Shown one piece after another: positions 26,562-35,372 of a stretch of 64,000 bases of DNA; positions within the stretch are counted from its first letter, which is position 1; each line of letters starts with the position of its first letter. Source of the DNA: an uncultured Enterobacterales bacterium (GTDB lineage: Bacteria > Myxococcota_A > UBA796 > CAJQPC01); contig CAZSZE010000015.1 in the NCBI GenBank assembly GCA_964610645.1, forward strand, positions 707-64,706. The letters are read 5' to 3'. The notes below the pieces were generated by a model that did not search any database, was not told the DNA's origin, and saw only the letters and a program-made list of their open reading frames with translations. A program made the position numbers and the translations under genes.

Positions 26562-27421
26562 GCCCCTTGTTGCTGGTGGCTGCAGCCTCATTGGCGGGCT
26601 GCACCGACTACGGCATCAATTCAAAGACCGGCGAGCAGGACGTGACGCCGGATCCTCCGCCGCCGGCGGCCCCCGTGGCGGTGACCGGCCCCGGGGATGC
26701 GGTGAAGAGGGGGATCGAGGTGCAGCTGGATGGCACCGCTTCCTACGACCCGGACGATGAGGGTGCTGTCCTGGAGTACGCGTGGATCACCCAGGATTTC
26801 CCGGAGTTGGCCCTGGTGCAGCTGGTCAACGAGAACACCTCGGCGCCCCTCTTTTCGGCGGACACTGTGGGGATCTACCAGCTGGACCTCGTGGTGATCG
26901 ACGAGGAAGGCCAGCCGTCGGTGAACCCTGCCTCCACGGTGGTGGAAATCCTCCCCTGGACGGACATGGAGCTGGTGCTGACCTGGGACCGGCCCAAGGT
27001 GGACCTGGACCTGCACCTGCTGGCGCCGGAGGGGGTCTATTTCGAGGACAGCGACTGCTTCTATGGGAACCCCACGCCGGACTGGGGCGTGGAAGGCGAC
27101 AGCACGGACGACCCGGAGCTGGTCAATGACAACGAGGGAACCGGGGCACCCGAGGTGATTCGTTTCCCGAATCCAGGGGAGGGCACCTACTCGATCCTTG
27201 TGCCCTACCACAGCAAGCGAGATGCCCCGAATCCCTATGTCACGCCCACCTTGAGTGTGCGGGCGGAGGGTGCGGAAATCGCCAACCTCACCGGTCCCCG
27301 CATGTACTCCGAGGGGACCGTCTGGATTGCTGGCACCCTGGACTGGAGCACCCTCACCTTTGTGGCCAGCGTGGCCACCACCGACCACACCTCCCTCGGG
27401 GGGCCGGACATCAACGAATAG
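26558..27421 (+). CDS. lipoprotein with a PKD-like domain and a YfaP/DUF2135-like domain
   Basis: ATGA overlap with the upstream gene. MSPLLLVAAASLAGC lipobox. LDGTASYDPDDEGAVLEYAW is PKD-like. VDLDLHLLAPEG...GTGAPEVIRFPNPGEGTYSILVPY is DUF2135-like. Confidence 0.7.
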   Translation: MSPLLLVAAASLAGCTDYGINSKTGEQDVTPDPPPPAAPVAVTGPGDAVKRGIEVQLDGTASYDPDDEGAVLEYAWITQDFPELALVQLVNENTSAPLFSADTVGIYQLDLVVIDEEGQPSVNPASTVVEILPWTDMELVLTWDRPKVDLDLHLLAPEGVYFEDSDCFYGNPTPDWGVEGDSTDDPELVNDNEGTGAPEVIRFPNPGEGTYSILVPYHSKRDAPNPYVTPTLSVRAEGAEIANLTGPRMYSEGTVWIAGTLDWSTLTFVASVATTDHTSLGGPDINE

Positions 27422-27446
27422 GGCGAAGCGGTTATCCAAGGGCGGC

Positions 27447-28859
27447 ATGCTGCTGTCTCTCGCCACTCTCCTTGCCTGTGCCACCACGCCTCCCGCAGCG
27501 GATGTGGGTGCGGTGGACTTGTCCCTCGGGCTGGTGCCCTATGAAGCGGCAGGCAGAGCGCCCGTCGAGGTTCCTGCTACAAAGGTGGCGCCGGCCCTGG
27601 TGCTGCACAACGCCCAGATCCTTACGGCGGCTGGGGAGGACATCGCCTCGGGCTACATCGTGCTCCGCGACGGGCGCATCGAGGCCCTGGGGGCCGGCAC
27701 ACCGCCTGAGGAAATCCCCGACGCCACGCTGATCGATGCCAAGGGCGGGGTGGTGACCCCGGGGCTCATCGACACCCACTCCCACCTGGGGGTCTACCCT
27801 TCCCCGGGAGCCAAGGCGCACGGGGATGGAAACGAGGCCACCTCCCCCACCACCGCCGGCGTCTGGGCCGAGCACTCGTTCTGGCCCCAGGATCCAGGGC
27901 TGAAAAGAGCCGTGGCGGGGGGCGTGACCACCCTCCAGGCCTTGCCGGGCAGCGCCAACCTCATCGGGGGCCGCGGGGTGGTGCTGCACCTGGTGCCCAC
28001 CCGGGGCAGCCGCGCCATGCGCTTTCCCGGCGCCCCGGAGACCGTGAAGATGGCCTGTGGGGAGAACCCCAAGCGGGTGTACGGCGGCAAGGGCGGGGCC
28101 CCGTCGACCCGCATGGGCAACCTTCGGGGACAACGGGCCGCGTTTGCATCCGCCCAGCGACACCTGGAGGACTGGGAGCGACACGCCCAGGCCCTGGCGG
28201 ATCACAACGGAAAGGGACTGCCCCCCCAGGCACCTGCCCGGGACCTGGACCAGGAGACCCTGGTCGGTGTCCTGCGGGGAGAGGTCCTGCCCCAGGTCCA
28301 TTGCTACCGGGCCGATGACATGCTCTCGATCCTGCAGTTGGCCGACGAGTTTGGCTTTGAGATCCGCTCTTTTCACCATGCTCTCGAGGCCTACAAGATC
28401 CGGGACATCCTGGCGGAAAAGGGCGTGGCCAGCTCCACCTGGGCCGACTGGTGGGGATTCAAGCTCGAGGCCTACGACGGCATTCCCCAGAATGCAGCGC
28501 TGCTCACGGAATCCGGCGCCAGGGCCATCATCCACTCGGACAGCTCCGTGGGCATCCAGCGCCTGAACCAGGAAGCAGCCAAGGCGTACTACGCCGGGGT
28601 CCATGCAGGGGTTGCGATCGATGAAAACGAGGCCCTGCGGTGGATCACCGCCAATCCCGCCTGGGCCCTGGGGATCCAGGACGAGGTGGGAACCCTGGAG
28701 CCGGGCAAGCGGGCGGACCTGGTGCTTTGGGATGGCCACCCCTTCAGCAACTACACTTCTGCATCCCAGGTGTACATCGATGGGGCCCTTGTGTTTGACA
28801 CAAATAATCCCGGTGCGCCCTGGAGCGACTTTGTGACGGGCCAGGGGGTGGCACCATGA
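27447..28859 (+). CDS. secreted amidohydrolase (COG1228-type metal-dependent hydrolase), lipoprotein
   Basis: MLLSLATLLAC lipobox. VTPGLIDTHSHLG carries HxH. FHHALEAY. AIIHSDS. Confidence 0.85.
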   Translation: MLLSLATLLACATTPPAADVGAVDLSLGLVPYEAAGRAPVEVPATKVAPALVLHNAQILTAAGEDIASGYIVLRDGRIEALGAGTPPEEIPDATLIDAKGGVVTPGLIDTHSHLGVYPSPGAKAHGDGNEATSPTTAGVWAEHSFWPQDPGLKRAVAGGVTTLQALPGSANLIGGRGVVLHLVPTRGSRAMRFPGAPETVKMACGENPKRVYGGKGGAPSTRMGNLRGQRAAFASAQRHLEDWERHAQALADHNGKGLPPQAPARDLDQETLVGVLRGEVLPQVHCYRADDMLSILQLADEFGFEIRSFHHALEAYKIRDILAEKGVASSTWADWWGFKLEAYDGIPQNAALLTESGARAIIHSDSSVGIQRLNQEAAKAYYAGVHAGVAIDENEALRWITANPAWALGIQDEVGTLEPGKRADLVLWDGHPFSNYTSASQVYIDGALVFDTNNPGAPWSDFVTGQGVAP

Positions 28860-30034
28860 TCGCGTGGCTGCTGGCGGTGGGGCTGGCCCACGCGGAGTGT
28901 ACTGCCCTGGTGGGAGCTGATGGCGGGGCCACGCTGGTGATGGAGGGGGGCGAAATCCAGTCCCTGGAGGCTCCAGCGCCTGCTGGTTGCACGAGTATGT
29001 CCCTGCCCGAGGGCGCCCAGGTCACGCCAGCCTTCATCGAGTCGTCCACGGCACTGGGCCTGGTGGAGGTGAGTCTCGAGCGGAACACGGTAGATTCCGG
29101 TTCCAACGAATCGGACCCGGTGCGGGCAGCACTGACCGTGGTGGACGGCTACAACCCCCGCTCCACGTTGATCAGCGTGGCTCGCCTGGGGGGCATTGGC
29201 ACAGCAGTGCTTGTTCCTGGCGGGGGGCTCATCAGCGGCCAGTCCGCAGCGGTGGATCTCCTGGGAAACACCCAGGCCGAGGCGCTGATCGCCGGCTCCG
29301 TGGGAATGCACGCAGCCATTGGCGGGCGGGACGGCTCTCGTTCCCAGACATTTATGCGACTGAGGGAGGTCTTGGAGGATGCGCGGGCCTACGGCCGCAA
29401 CCGGAGCGCTTTTGAGGGGGATCGCCTTCGGGATCTTGCAGCTGAGCGCCTGGACCTGGAAGCCCTGCAGCCAGTGATCGCAGGAGAACTCCCGCTGGTG
29501 GTCTCAGTCCAGCGGGCCAGTGACATCGAGGCCCTGCTGCGCCTCGCCGAGGATGTGGGGATCCGCCTGGTGCTGGTGGGGGCTGCGGAAGGCTGGCTTC
29601 TCGCCGACTCCCTCGCTGCTGCGGAGATCCCCGTGGTGCTCGACCCCCTGGTCTACGGGCCGGGGTCCTTTGAGCAGATCCACGCCCGGGCCGACAACGC
29701 GGCGCTGCTTCATGCCGCCGGTGTGCCCGTCGTGATCTCCAGCTTCAGCAGCCACAACGCCCGCACCCTGCGCCAGGCCGCGGGAAACGCCGTGCGCGGG
29801 GGACTGCCCCATGAAGTCGCCCTCGCCGCCATCACCCGCACCCCAGCCACCGTCTTCGGACTGGAGGGCTACGGCCGCCTGGAGCCGGGCGCCGTGGCCA
29901 ACGTGGCCATCTGGAGCGGCGATCCCCTGGAGCCCTCCACCGAGCTGCTGCACCTGGTGCTGCGAGGCGAGGAAATCCCCCTCACCAGTCGGCAGACCGA
30001 GTTGTTTGAGAAGTACCGGTCACTCGGGGACTAG
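28856..30034 (+). CDS. amidohydrolase-family paralogue lacking the metal-ligand motifs (probable pseudoenzyme)
   Basis: ATGA overlap with the upstream gene. Signal AVGLAHA|E. VTPAFIESSTALG aligns to VTPGLIDTHSHLG, so HxH becomes SxT. VVISSFS aligns to AIIHSDS. Confidence 0.75.
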   Translation: MIAWLLAVGLAHAECTALVGADGGATLVMEGGEIQSLEAPAPAGCTSMSLPEGAQVTPAFIESSTALGLVEVSLERNTVDSGSNESDPVRAALTVVDGYNPRSTLISVARLGGIGTAVLVPGGGLISGQSAAVDLLGNTQAEALIAGSVGMHAAIGGRDGSRSQTFMRLREVLEDARAYGRNRSAFEGDRLRDLAAERLDLEALQPVIAGELPLVVSVQRASDIEALLRLAEDVGIRLVLVGAAEGWLLADSLAAAEIPVVLDPLVYGPGSFEQIHARADNAALLHAAGVPVVISSFSSHNARTLRQAAGNAVRGGLPHEVALAAITRTPATVFGLEGYGRLEPGAVANVAIWSGDPLEPSTELLHLVLRGEEIPLTSRQTELFEKYRSLGD

Positions 30035-30197
30035 CAGTCCATGGCGGACAATCCCGACAACGTCCTGTCCCGAACAGCCACGATGACATCCCCAATGTCG
30101 GTGCCACTTGACAAGGGGTCACTCCATATCAGCCCACTGAAACCACCTGTCACACTCCGATACAGTCGTCGCCCCAAGCACACGGTCTCGTGGGGCC

Positions 30198-30851
30198 ATG
30201 ATGCAGACGTTCGGGATGCTCGCGGTTCTGATCTCGGGGTGCAGTCCCTCGATGCGGCCGCTTGACGACCCGGGGGACACCGGAAACGACAGCGGCAATA
30301 GGGACACCGGAGACGGCGTTAACTGGCCCGACCCGGTGATCTCCTGCACCGCCGCCAACGCGGAGATGGGGATCGAGCCGGTCCATCCGGCGCCCAGGGA
30401 GGCCGTGGCGGTCTGGGTCACCGCGGACAAGGACACCCCAACCACGCTCTACGACAACCCGTTCGGCATTGGCCTGGTGGTGTCGGGGCTTCCCCTGAGG
30501 GAGGGCTGGGGCTTCTTCCAGGCGTACGATCGCTCGGGTCCAGGGCTCGCCTGGTGGCAGAGCGAGGTAGCAGCGGCCGGCGTGGATGGAAAGCCCGTGC
30601 TGATCACCGAGACCGGCTGGACCACCGAGGGGGGGGCCTTCGGCTCCCGGGCGGATGTGGCGGCTTGGATGCTGCTCGCGTGGCAGAACAACTGGTTTTC
30701 GGACCCACGCCTCGAAGCGGCAATGCCCATCCAACTCCAGGACGGGGCCTGGGACGGATTCTCCTGGATCCAGACCTCCGGCGCCCACTACCCGGTCTTC
30801 GACACCATTCGAGACTGGCGCTGCAGCATGGCGTTTCCCACAAGCTGTTGA
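30198..30851 (+). CDS. hypothetical lipoprotein with a glycoside-hydrolase-like ITETGW motif
   Basis: MMQTFGMLAVLISGC lipobox and a DTG-rich linker. KPVLITETGWTTEGG resembles a TIM-barrel GH nucleophile strand, but the protein is only 217 aa. Confidence 0.55.
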   Translation: MMQTFGMLAVLISGCSPSMRPLDDPGDTGNDSGNRDTGDGVNWPDPVISCTAANAEMGIEPVHPAPREAVAVWVTADKDTPTTLYDNPFGIGLVVSGLPLREGWGFFQAYDRSGPGLAWWQSEVAAAGVDGKPVLITETGWTTEGGAFGSRADVAAWMLLAWQNNWFSDPRLEAAMPIQLQDGAWDGFSWIQTSGAHYPVFDTIRDWRCSMAFPTSC

Positions 30852-30865
30852 GGGAGAGCCCCTCG

Positions 30866-32305
30866 CTAGCGAATCCCCATCTCTGGCGTGTAGCTCCCCA
30901 GCGGCTCGTGGGTCCAAATCTCCTTGGACTGTTCCCTCCAGCCCGGAGAGGCGAAGCCGAATTCCTCTATGCGGATTCGCGCCGCCATGGGGCGTCCTCC
31001 TGGGATGGGGCTCGGGCCCAGCAGGTCGAGTACCGGTTTCCGCTGATCCATCACCCGGGCCAGGAAGGAATCCACCCACGCCGGGCGGCGGTTGGGGGGC
31101 CTCCGGGCTGCAAACCAGAGCTGCCAGTCCAGGCGCGGCATGTGCACATGGGCCCAGCGGGGGCCCACCGCCGGGTTCCACGGCTTCCAACGGTTGGGCC
31201 AGACGTGCCAGTTCTGTCCGTCCGTTGTGACCTCCAACAACAGCTCCGGGCGCTCTTTGGTCATGACCCGGAACAAGCCGTAGGAATTCACCGATCGCAG
31301 GGGGGACACCGCCACGAGCGCCTCCTGCACCGGATCCGGGACCCAGTCGGTGCCCAGGACCGTGCGGGTCGAGAGGACACCTGAGAGGGACAAGCTCACC
31401 ACAGCGAAGAGGCGAACCACCACGCCCTCCCCTTCCCTCTCCGGTGCGAGCACCTGCTTTGACTGCCAGGGCAGCTGCGAATCCTCCAGGAGCGAGATGC
31501 ACAGCACGCAGGTAAGGAGGTTGAAGAAGCCGTAGTTGCCGCTCGCCGCAATGAACCCCATGAGCAACAGGGTCCCACCAGCGAACACCAGCCGCCCCCG
31601 GCCCGGGGCGAAGGCAAGCCAGGGAAGGCCCAACTCCACAAGGTAGGTCAAGCCAATGCCGGCCCGCCGCACCCAGTCCGGCGCCTGGTGGAAGGCTGAA
31701 GAAAAGGGGCCCGGAAGTGGCTGGGTGAGGAAGTGGAAGTCCAGAGCGGTTCCGTTCAGCCAGCTCACATCCCCGGACAAGAGCTTCACCAGCCCGGAGA
31801 GCACCATGAGCTTCACCAGGAGAATTCGCATCAGCCACAGGCCCAGCCTTGATGCGCTCCCATCCCCCCGCACCAGGAACACCGCCACAAGCCCGGCCTC
31901 CAGGAGCAGCGCATCCCATTGGAAGTCCAGGAAGCCCCCTCCCACCGAGCAGAAGGACAGGTACAGGAACCACAGGAGCGCCATCACCGCGGGATGATGC
32001 AGCCTGCCAAAGAGCACCGCTGCCCCCAGGGCTGCCCCCACTCCCCAGGCCGCGGTGATCGCCGCGTCCGATGCGTTTGCCCAGAAGACCGTGGGGATCC
32101 AGTAGAAGCGGGCGCTCCCAAAGTGGGCTTCAGCCCGGGGAAGGAAGTTCTCCACCGGCGAGATGCCGTCCGATCCCACCAGGCCCAGGACCTGGACCCC
32201 CAGGGACACAAAGGCAATGGCATAAACCAGGCCCAATCCCCGGAGAACCCCGTGTGCCGTGCGCCGAATGGAGGCTGCCTCGTTCAAGCCGGTGCTCTCT
32301 GGCAA
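30866..32305 (-). CDS. lipase maturation factor (LMF1) family polytopic membrane protein
   Basis: LDFHFLTQPLPGP and HMPRLDWQLWFAA match my recollection of conserved LMF-family blocks. Multiple TM segments. TTG start at 32305 is uncertain (alternative GTG near 32248). Confidence 0.6.
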   Translation of the reverse strand: MPESTGLNEAASIRRTAHGVLRGLGLVYAIAFVSLGVQVLGLVGSDGISPVENFLPRAEAHFGSARFYWIPTVFWANASDAAITAAWGVGAALGAAVLFGRLHHPAVMALLWFLYLSFCSVGGGFLDFQWDALLLEAGLVAVFLVRGDGSASRLGLWLMRILLVKLMVLSGLVKLLSGDVSWLNGTALDFHFLTQPLPGPFSSAFHQAPDWVRRAGIGLTYLVELGLPWLAFAPGRGRLVFAGGTLLLMGFIAASGNYGFFNLLTCVLCISLLEDSQLPWQSKQVLAPEREGEGVVVRLFAVVSLSLSGVLSTRTVLGTDWVPDPVQEALVAVSPLRSVNSYGLFRVMTKERPELLLEVTTDGQNWHVWPNRWKPWNPAVGPRWAHVHMPRLDWQLWFAARRPPNRRPAWVDSFLARVMDQRKPVLDLLGPSPIPGGRPMAARIRIEEFGFASPGWREQSKEIWTHEPLGSYTPEMGIR

Positions 32306-33060
32306 CTTGGGCAGAGAAATGTGCCGCGCTTGGCCTGTTCAACGCGTTCGATCGGGAAAGCACAAACAGGACAGGGCCCGCCCTCCCGTCCGTACACGTG
32401 AAATGTGTTGGTTCCCCCCTCTTCAACGAGCAACAACTCGCTGCCGATTCCCGCCAGTGCAGAAGAAAGGTGGTTTCGGGCCCCCCGGGCCACATCCTCC
32501 CACTGGGGCCGGGTGAGTTCCTTCGCAGGTGTCGCCGGGTGCACACCGGCCCGCCAGCAGATCTCACTGCCGGCGATATTTCCCAGTCCAGCCACAAGCT
32601 CCTGTCGCAACAAAGCCACCTTCAAGGGAGACCGGGTCTTTCCCACATGGCGACCCCACCAGGCACCATTTCGCTCTTCCGGCCAGGGCTCCGGGCCCAG
32701 CTTCTTGTCGCGAAAAAACCCCCTTACCTTTCTGGTCTGCAGCCGGGTCACCGTGCCAAAACGCCGCGGATCCACAAAGGAAATGGGTTCTGCCCCCCCA
32801 AACCGGAACACCAAACGCGCCCGCGGATCCTCGCTCCATACCAACCGACCCGTCATGCGGGGATGCACAAGCAGCGCCTCCTTGCCCAGGTGAAGCACCA
32901 GCGTCTTGCCACGGCGCTCCACGCCCTGGAGTGTCTGTCCCTCGAGTCCATCCAACCCGGTCAACCGGGCATCCAGCACCTCCAGGTCGTCCAGCACCCG
33001 CCCCTCTGCCCGGCGTTGAAGCCCGTGCGCCATCCATTCCACTTCCGGCAACTCTGGCAT
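32284..33060 (-). CDS. mutM: formamidopyrimidine-DNA glycosylase (Fpg/Nei family)
   Basis: MPELPEVE N-terminus (catalytic Pro2/Glu3). LGNIAGSEICWRAG H2TH motif. C-terminal zinc finger CPVC...CPSCQ. Confidence 0.9.
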   Translation of the reverse strand: MPELPEVEWMAHGLQRRAEGRVLDDLEVLDARLTGLDGLEGQTLQGVERRGKTLVLHLGKEALLVHPRMTGRLVWSEDPRARLVFRFGGAEPISFVDPRRFGTVTRLQTRKVRGFFRDKKLGPEPWPEERNGAWWGRHVGKTRSPLKVALLRQELVAGLGNIAGSEICWRAGVHPATPAKELTRPQWEDVARGARNHLSSALAGIGSELLLVEEGGTNTFHVYGREGGPCPVCAFPIERVEQAKRGTFLCPSCQRAPA

Positions 33061-33073
33061 CGCCTGCTCCCGG

Positions 33074-35305
33074 TCAGTAGTTCACCCACACAAGGAAACC
33101 TCCTTCCTCGAAGCCCCAGCCCGGCTGTTCCATCCCCTCCCCGCCCATGGCGATTCCAAGAGCGGCGCTGCCCCCCCAGTCCGCTGACCCTGCTACGGCC
33201 TCCCCGAGCCCGTCTCCCTGTGCTTCTCCATAGAAGGATTGAATTGCATCGGTGGAAAGGTCCAGATCCGCTCCGGCATGCAGAGTGCCAAGGGAGACCA
33301 GGTGAACGGCTCCTGCATCCGAAAAGGTGTCGTCCGCCCCGGGAGCACCCAACAACAACTCAGAACCCCCATCTCCATCCACATCTCCCACCACCGCCAT
33401 GGCCCGGCCGATGCCCTCGTCGCCACTGCCCGACACAGCGGGACAGTTGGAAATGTCTGCCCCATCGCTGGCACGCCACAAGTAGATCGCTCCCGCGCCC
33501 CCTCCTGCACCCGGCGCTCCCATAAGAAGTGCAGGGGTGCCATCGTCCAGGGTGATTGCCTCGAGGCGTGTGCCCAGGCCATCGCCGGTGGATTCGCCCT
33601 GCAAGGTGAACAATGCACTGCTGGCGGGTGTGAGCGGAAGCATGGAGCCAGGGGACCGCATGGTCACTGCGGTGGAGTCGAACAGGTAGACGGTCCCACC
33701 GCTGCTGTCCGGGGCCCCAATGGCCAGGTACTGGGGGGTGCCATCCTGGGCCGAGACAAACGCGACGTCCGCGCCGAAACCCGTCCCGCCCTCGCCCTGG
33801 TAGAAGGTCAGGATGTCGTCCATGAAGAGGTTGCGGCCCTGTGCGATGGCCTGGCCCCAGAAGACCTGGACCGACCCCACCCCGTCTCCCTGGGCATCCG
33901 CCACGCCCACGGCAAGGTCGCCGAACCCGTCCTGGTCCTGGTCAAAGCCCGCCACGGAGGTGCCCACACCGCTGCCCTCCAGAGTGCCAAACACGTGGGC
34001 CACCTGGGCACCGAAGTCAAAGGGTGCCGGCCGGATCGCCCCGCCCGCAGCCAGCTCGGCCCCCGTCACCACCACCACCATTCCCGACCTGGTTTCATCG
34101 CCATAGCCGGGAACGGCCAGGGCGATTTCATCCATTCCATCTCCATCCACATCCGGAACAGTGGCCAGGTCGGATCCCATCTCCCCACGGGTGAAAACGC
34201 TCTCCACATTTGCAAAGGTAGCGCCCCCGGTCAGGTCACTGGTTGCGCCCATCATCTGGCTGCCGATCACCACCACACCCCCGCCTTCTACGGACACGAG
34301 GGATTCCTCCCGCACCGCCACCATGAGCTCCTGCTTCCCGTCCCCATCCAGGTCCGGGAGCACCAACATCCGGGACCCCGCATGGGTCGCCGGGTCTGTG
34401 TGGGTCCATCGATACCGCTGTACCGCTCCGGGAACCGTGAAGGTTGCCCAGGCCGGAATCCCGGTCTCCACCCCGTCCGTGGGGGTCACCCGGCAGGAAA
34501 AGGCCTCCCCCGCCTGGGCACCGGTCAGGGTCTCTTCACTCACCCCGGCCTCCTGCCCGAACTTCCACCACTCTATGGCATAGGTCACCGAATCCGCTGG
34601 GTCCGGGTCCTCCCCCGGCACCAGGATTTCACAGGTCAAGGTGTCTCCCGCATAGCTTACCTCCACGCTGGGGGAGGAGGGCGCCGTGTTCACCGCCACC
34701 ACGGCGTCTGACGCCAGGGAATCCCCTTCCAACAATCCGTCCGTCCCCCACACGTTCACAACCACGCTGTCCCCCTTGTCCCAGAAGGAGCTGCCCAGGA
34801 TGTCGGAGTCCTCCCCCACCGTCTCATCGTTCACGGTCCACCCATAGTGGAATTCCAGGAATCCCTGGTCCTCCGGGTCCGGGTCGACGCCTTCCACCGT
34901 GGCCCGGAGAATGTCCGACTCCTGGGGTGACTCCGGGGACAAGACCACCGAGGAGATGACCGGGGCCGTATTCCGGATCCAGACCGTGTTGGACTGGTAG
35001 GTGGGTGCTCCAGCGCGATCCACCGTCACGAGGCATGCCACCTGGTCTCGGCGATCGAACCACGCACCGTTCAAGGTCTCACCGTCCAGGCCATCAAGTA
35101 CCTGGTCATTGATCTGCCACCCGATGGTCGCACTGTCCGCCCCGACCAGCGAATCCCAGGAACAGGTCAGCTCATCCCCCTCCTGCGCCTCCTCCGGCTC
35201 CAGGCGGAGGCCCTGCACCCACTTGGATGCCCCCGTGTCGTCCACGGCGTCCTTTCCCTGGCACCCCATCCACAACAACACCACTACGATTCCGGCAGAC
35301 ATCAT
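33074..35305 (-). CDS. large FG-GAP/VCBS-repeat lipoprotein with three N-terminal Ig-like repeats
   Basis: MMSAGIVVVLLWMGC lipobox. Repeated DLDGDG, DVDGDG and DQDQDGFGD calcium-loop motifs. Three ~90-aa repeats before them. Confidence 0.85.
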   Translation of the reverse strand: MMSAGIVVVLLWMGCQGKDAVDDTGASKWVQGLRLEPEEAQEGDELTCSWDSLVGADSATIGWQINDQVLDGLDGETLNGAWFDRRDQVACLVTVDRAGAPTYQSNTVWIRNTAPVISSVVLSPESPQESDILRATVEGVDPDPEDQGFLEFHYGWTVNDETVGEDSDILGSSFWDKGDSVVVNVWGTDGLLEGDSLASDAVVAVNTAPSSPSVEVSYAGDTLTCEILVPGEDPDPADSVTYAIEWWKFGQEAGVSEETLTGAQAGEAFSCRVTPTDGVETGIPAWATFTVPGAVQRYRWTHTDPATHAGSRMLVLPDLDGDGKQELMVAVREESLVSVEGGGVVVIGSQMMGATSDLTGGATFANVESVFTRGEMGSDLATVPDVDGDGMDEIALAVPGYGDETRSGMVVVVTGAELAAGGAIRPAPFDFGAQVAHVFGTLEGSGVGTSVAGFDQDQDGFGDLAVGVADAQGDGVGSVQVFWGQAIAQGRNLFMDDILTFYQGEGGTGFGADVAFVSAQDGTPQYLAIGAPDSSGGTVYLFDSTAVTMRSPGSMLPLTPASSALFTLQGESTGDGLGTRLEAITLDDGTPALLMGAPGAGGGAGAIYLWRASDGADISNCPAVSGSGDEGIGRAMAVVGDVDGDGGSELLLGAPGADDTFSDAGAVHLVSLGTLHAGADLDLSTDAIQSFYGEAQGDGLGEAVAGSADWGGSAALGIAMGGEGMEQPGWGFEEGGFLVWVNY

Positions 35306-35372
35306 GCCCTCCAACAGACCCACGATAGCCGAGTCGAACCCGGTTTCCGAGACCGCGGTATCTTGTCCCCGA

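Noticed and set aside
30108-30132. TTGACA ... TATCAG as a sigma-70 promoter for the 30198 lipoprotein gene
   Set aside because: The spacer is only 13 nt, far from the 16-18 nt optimum.
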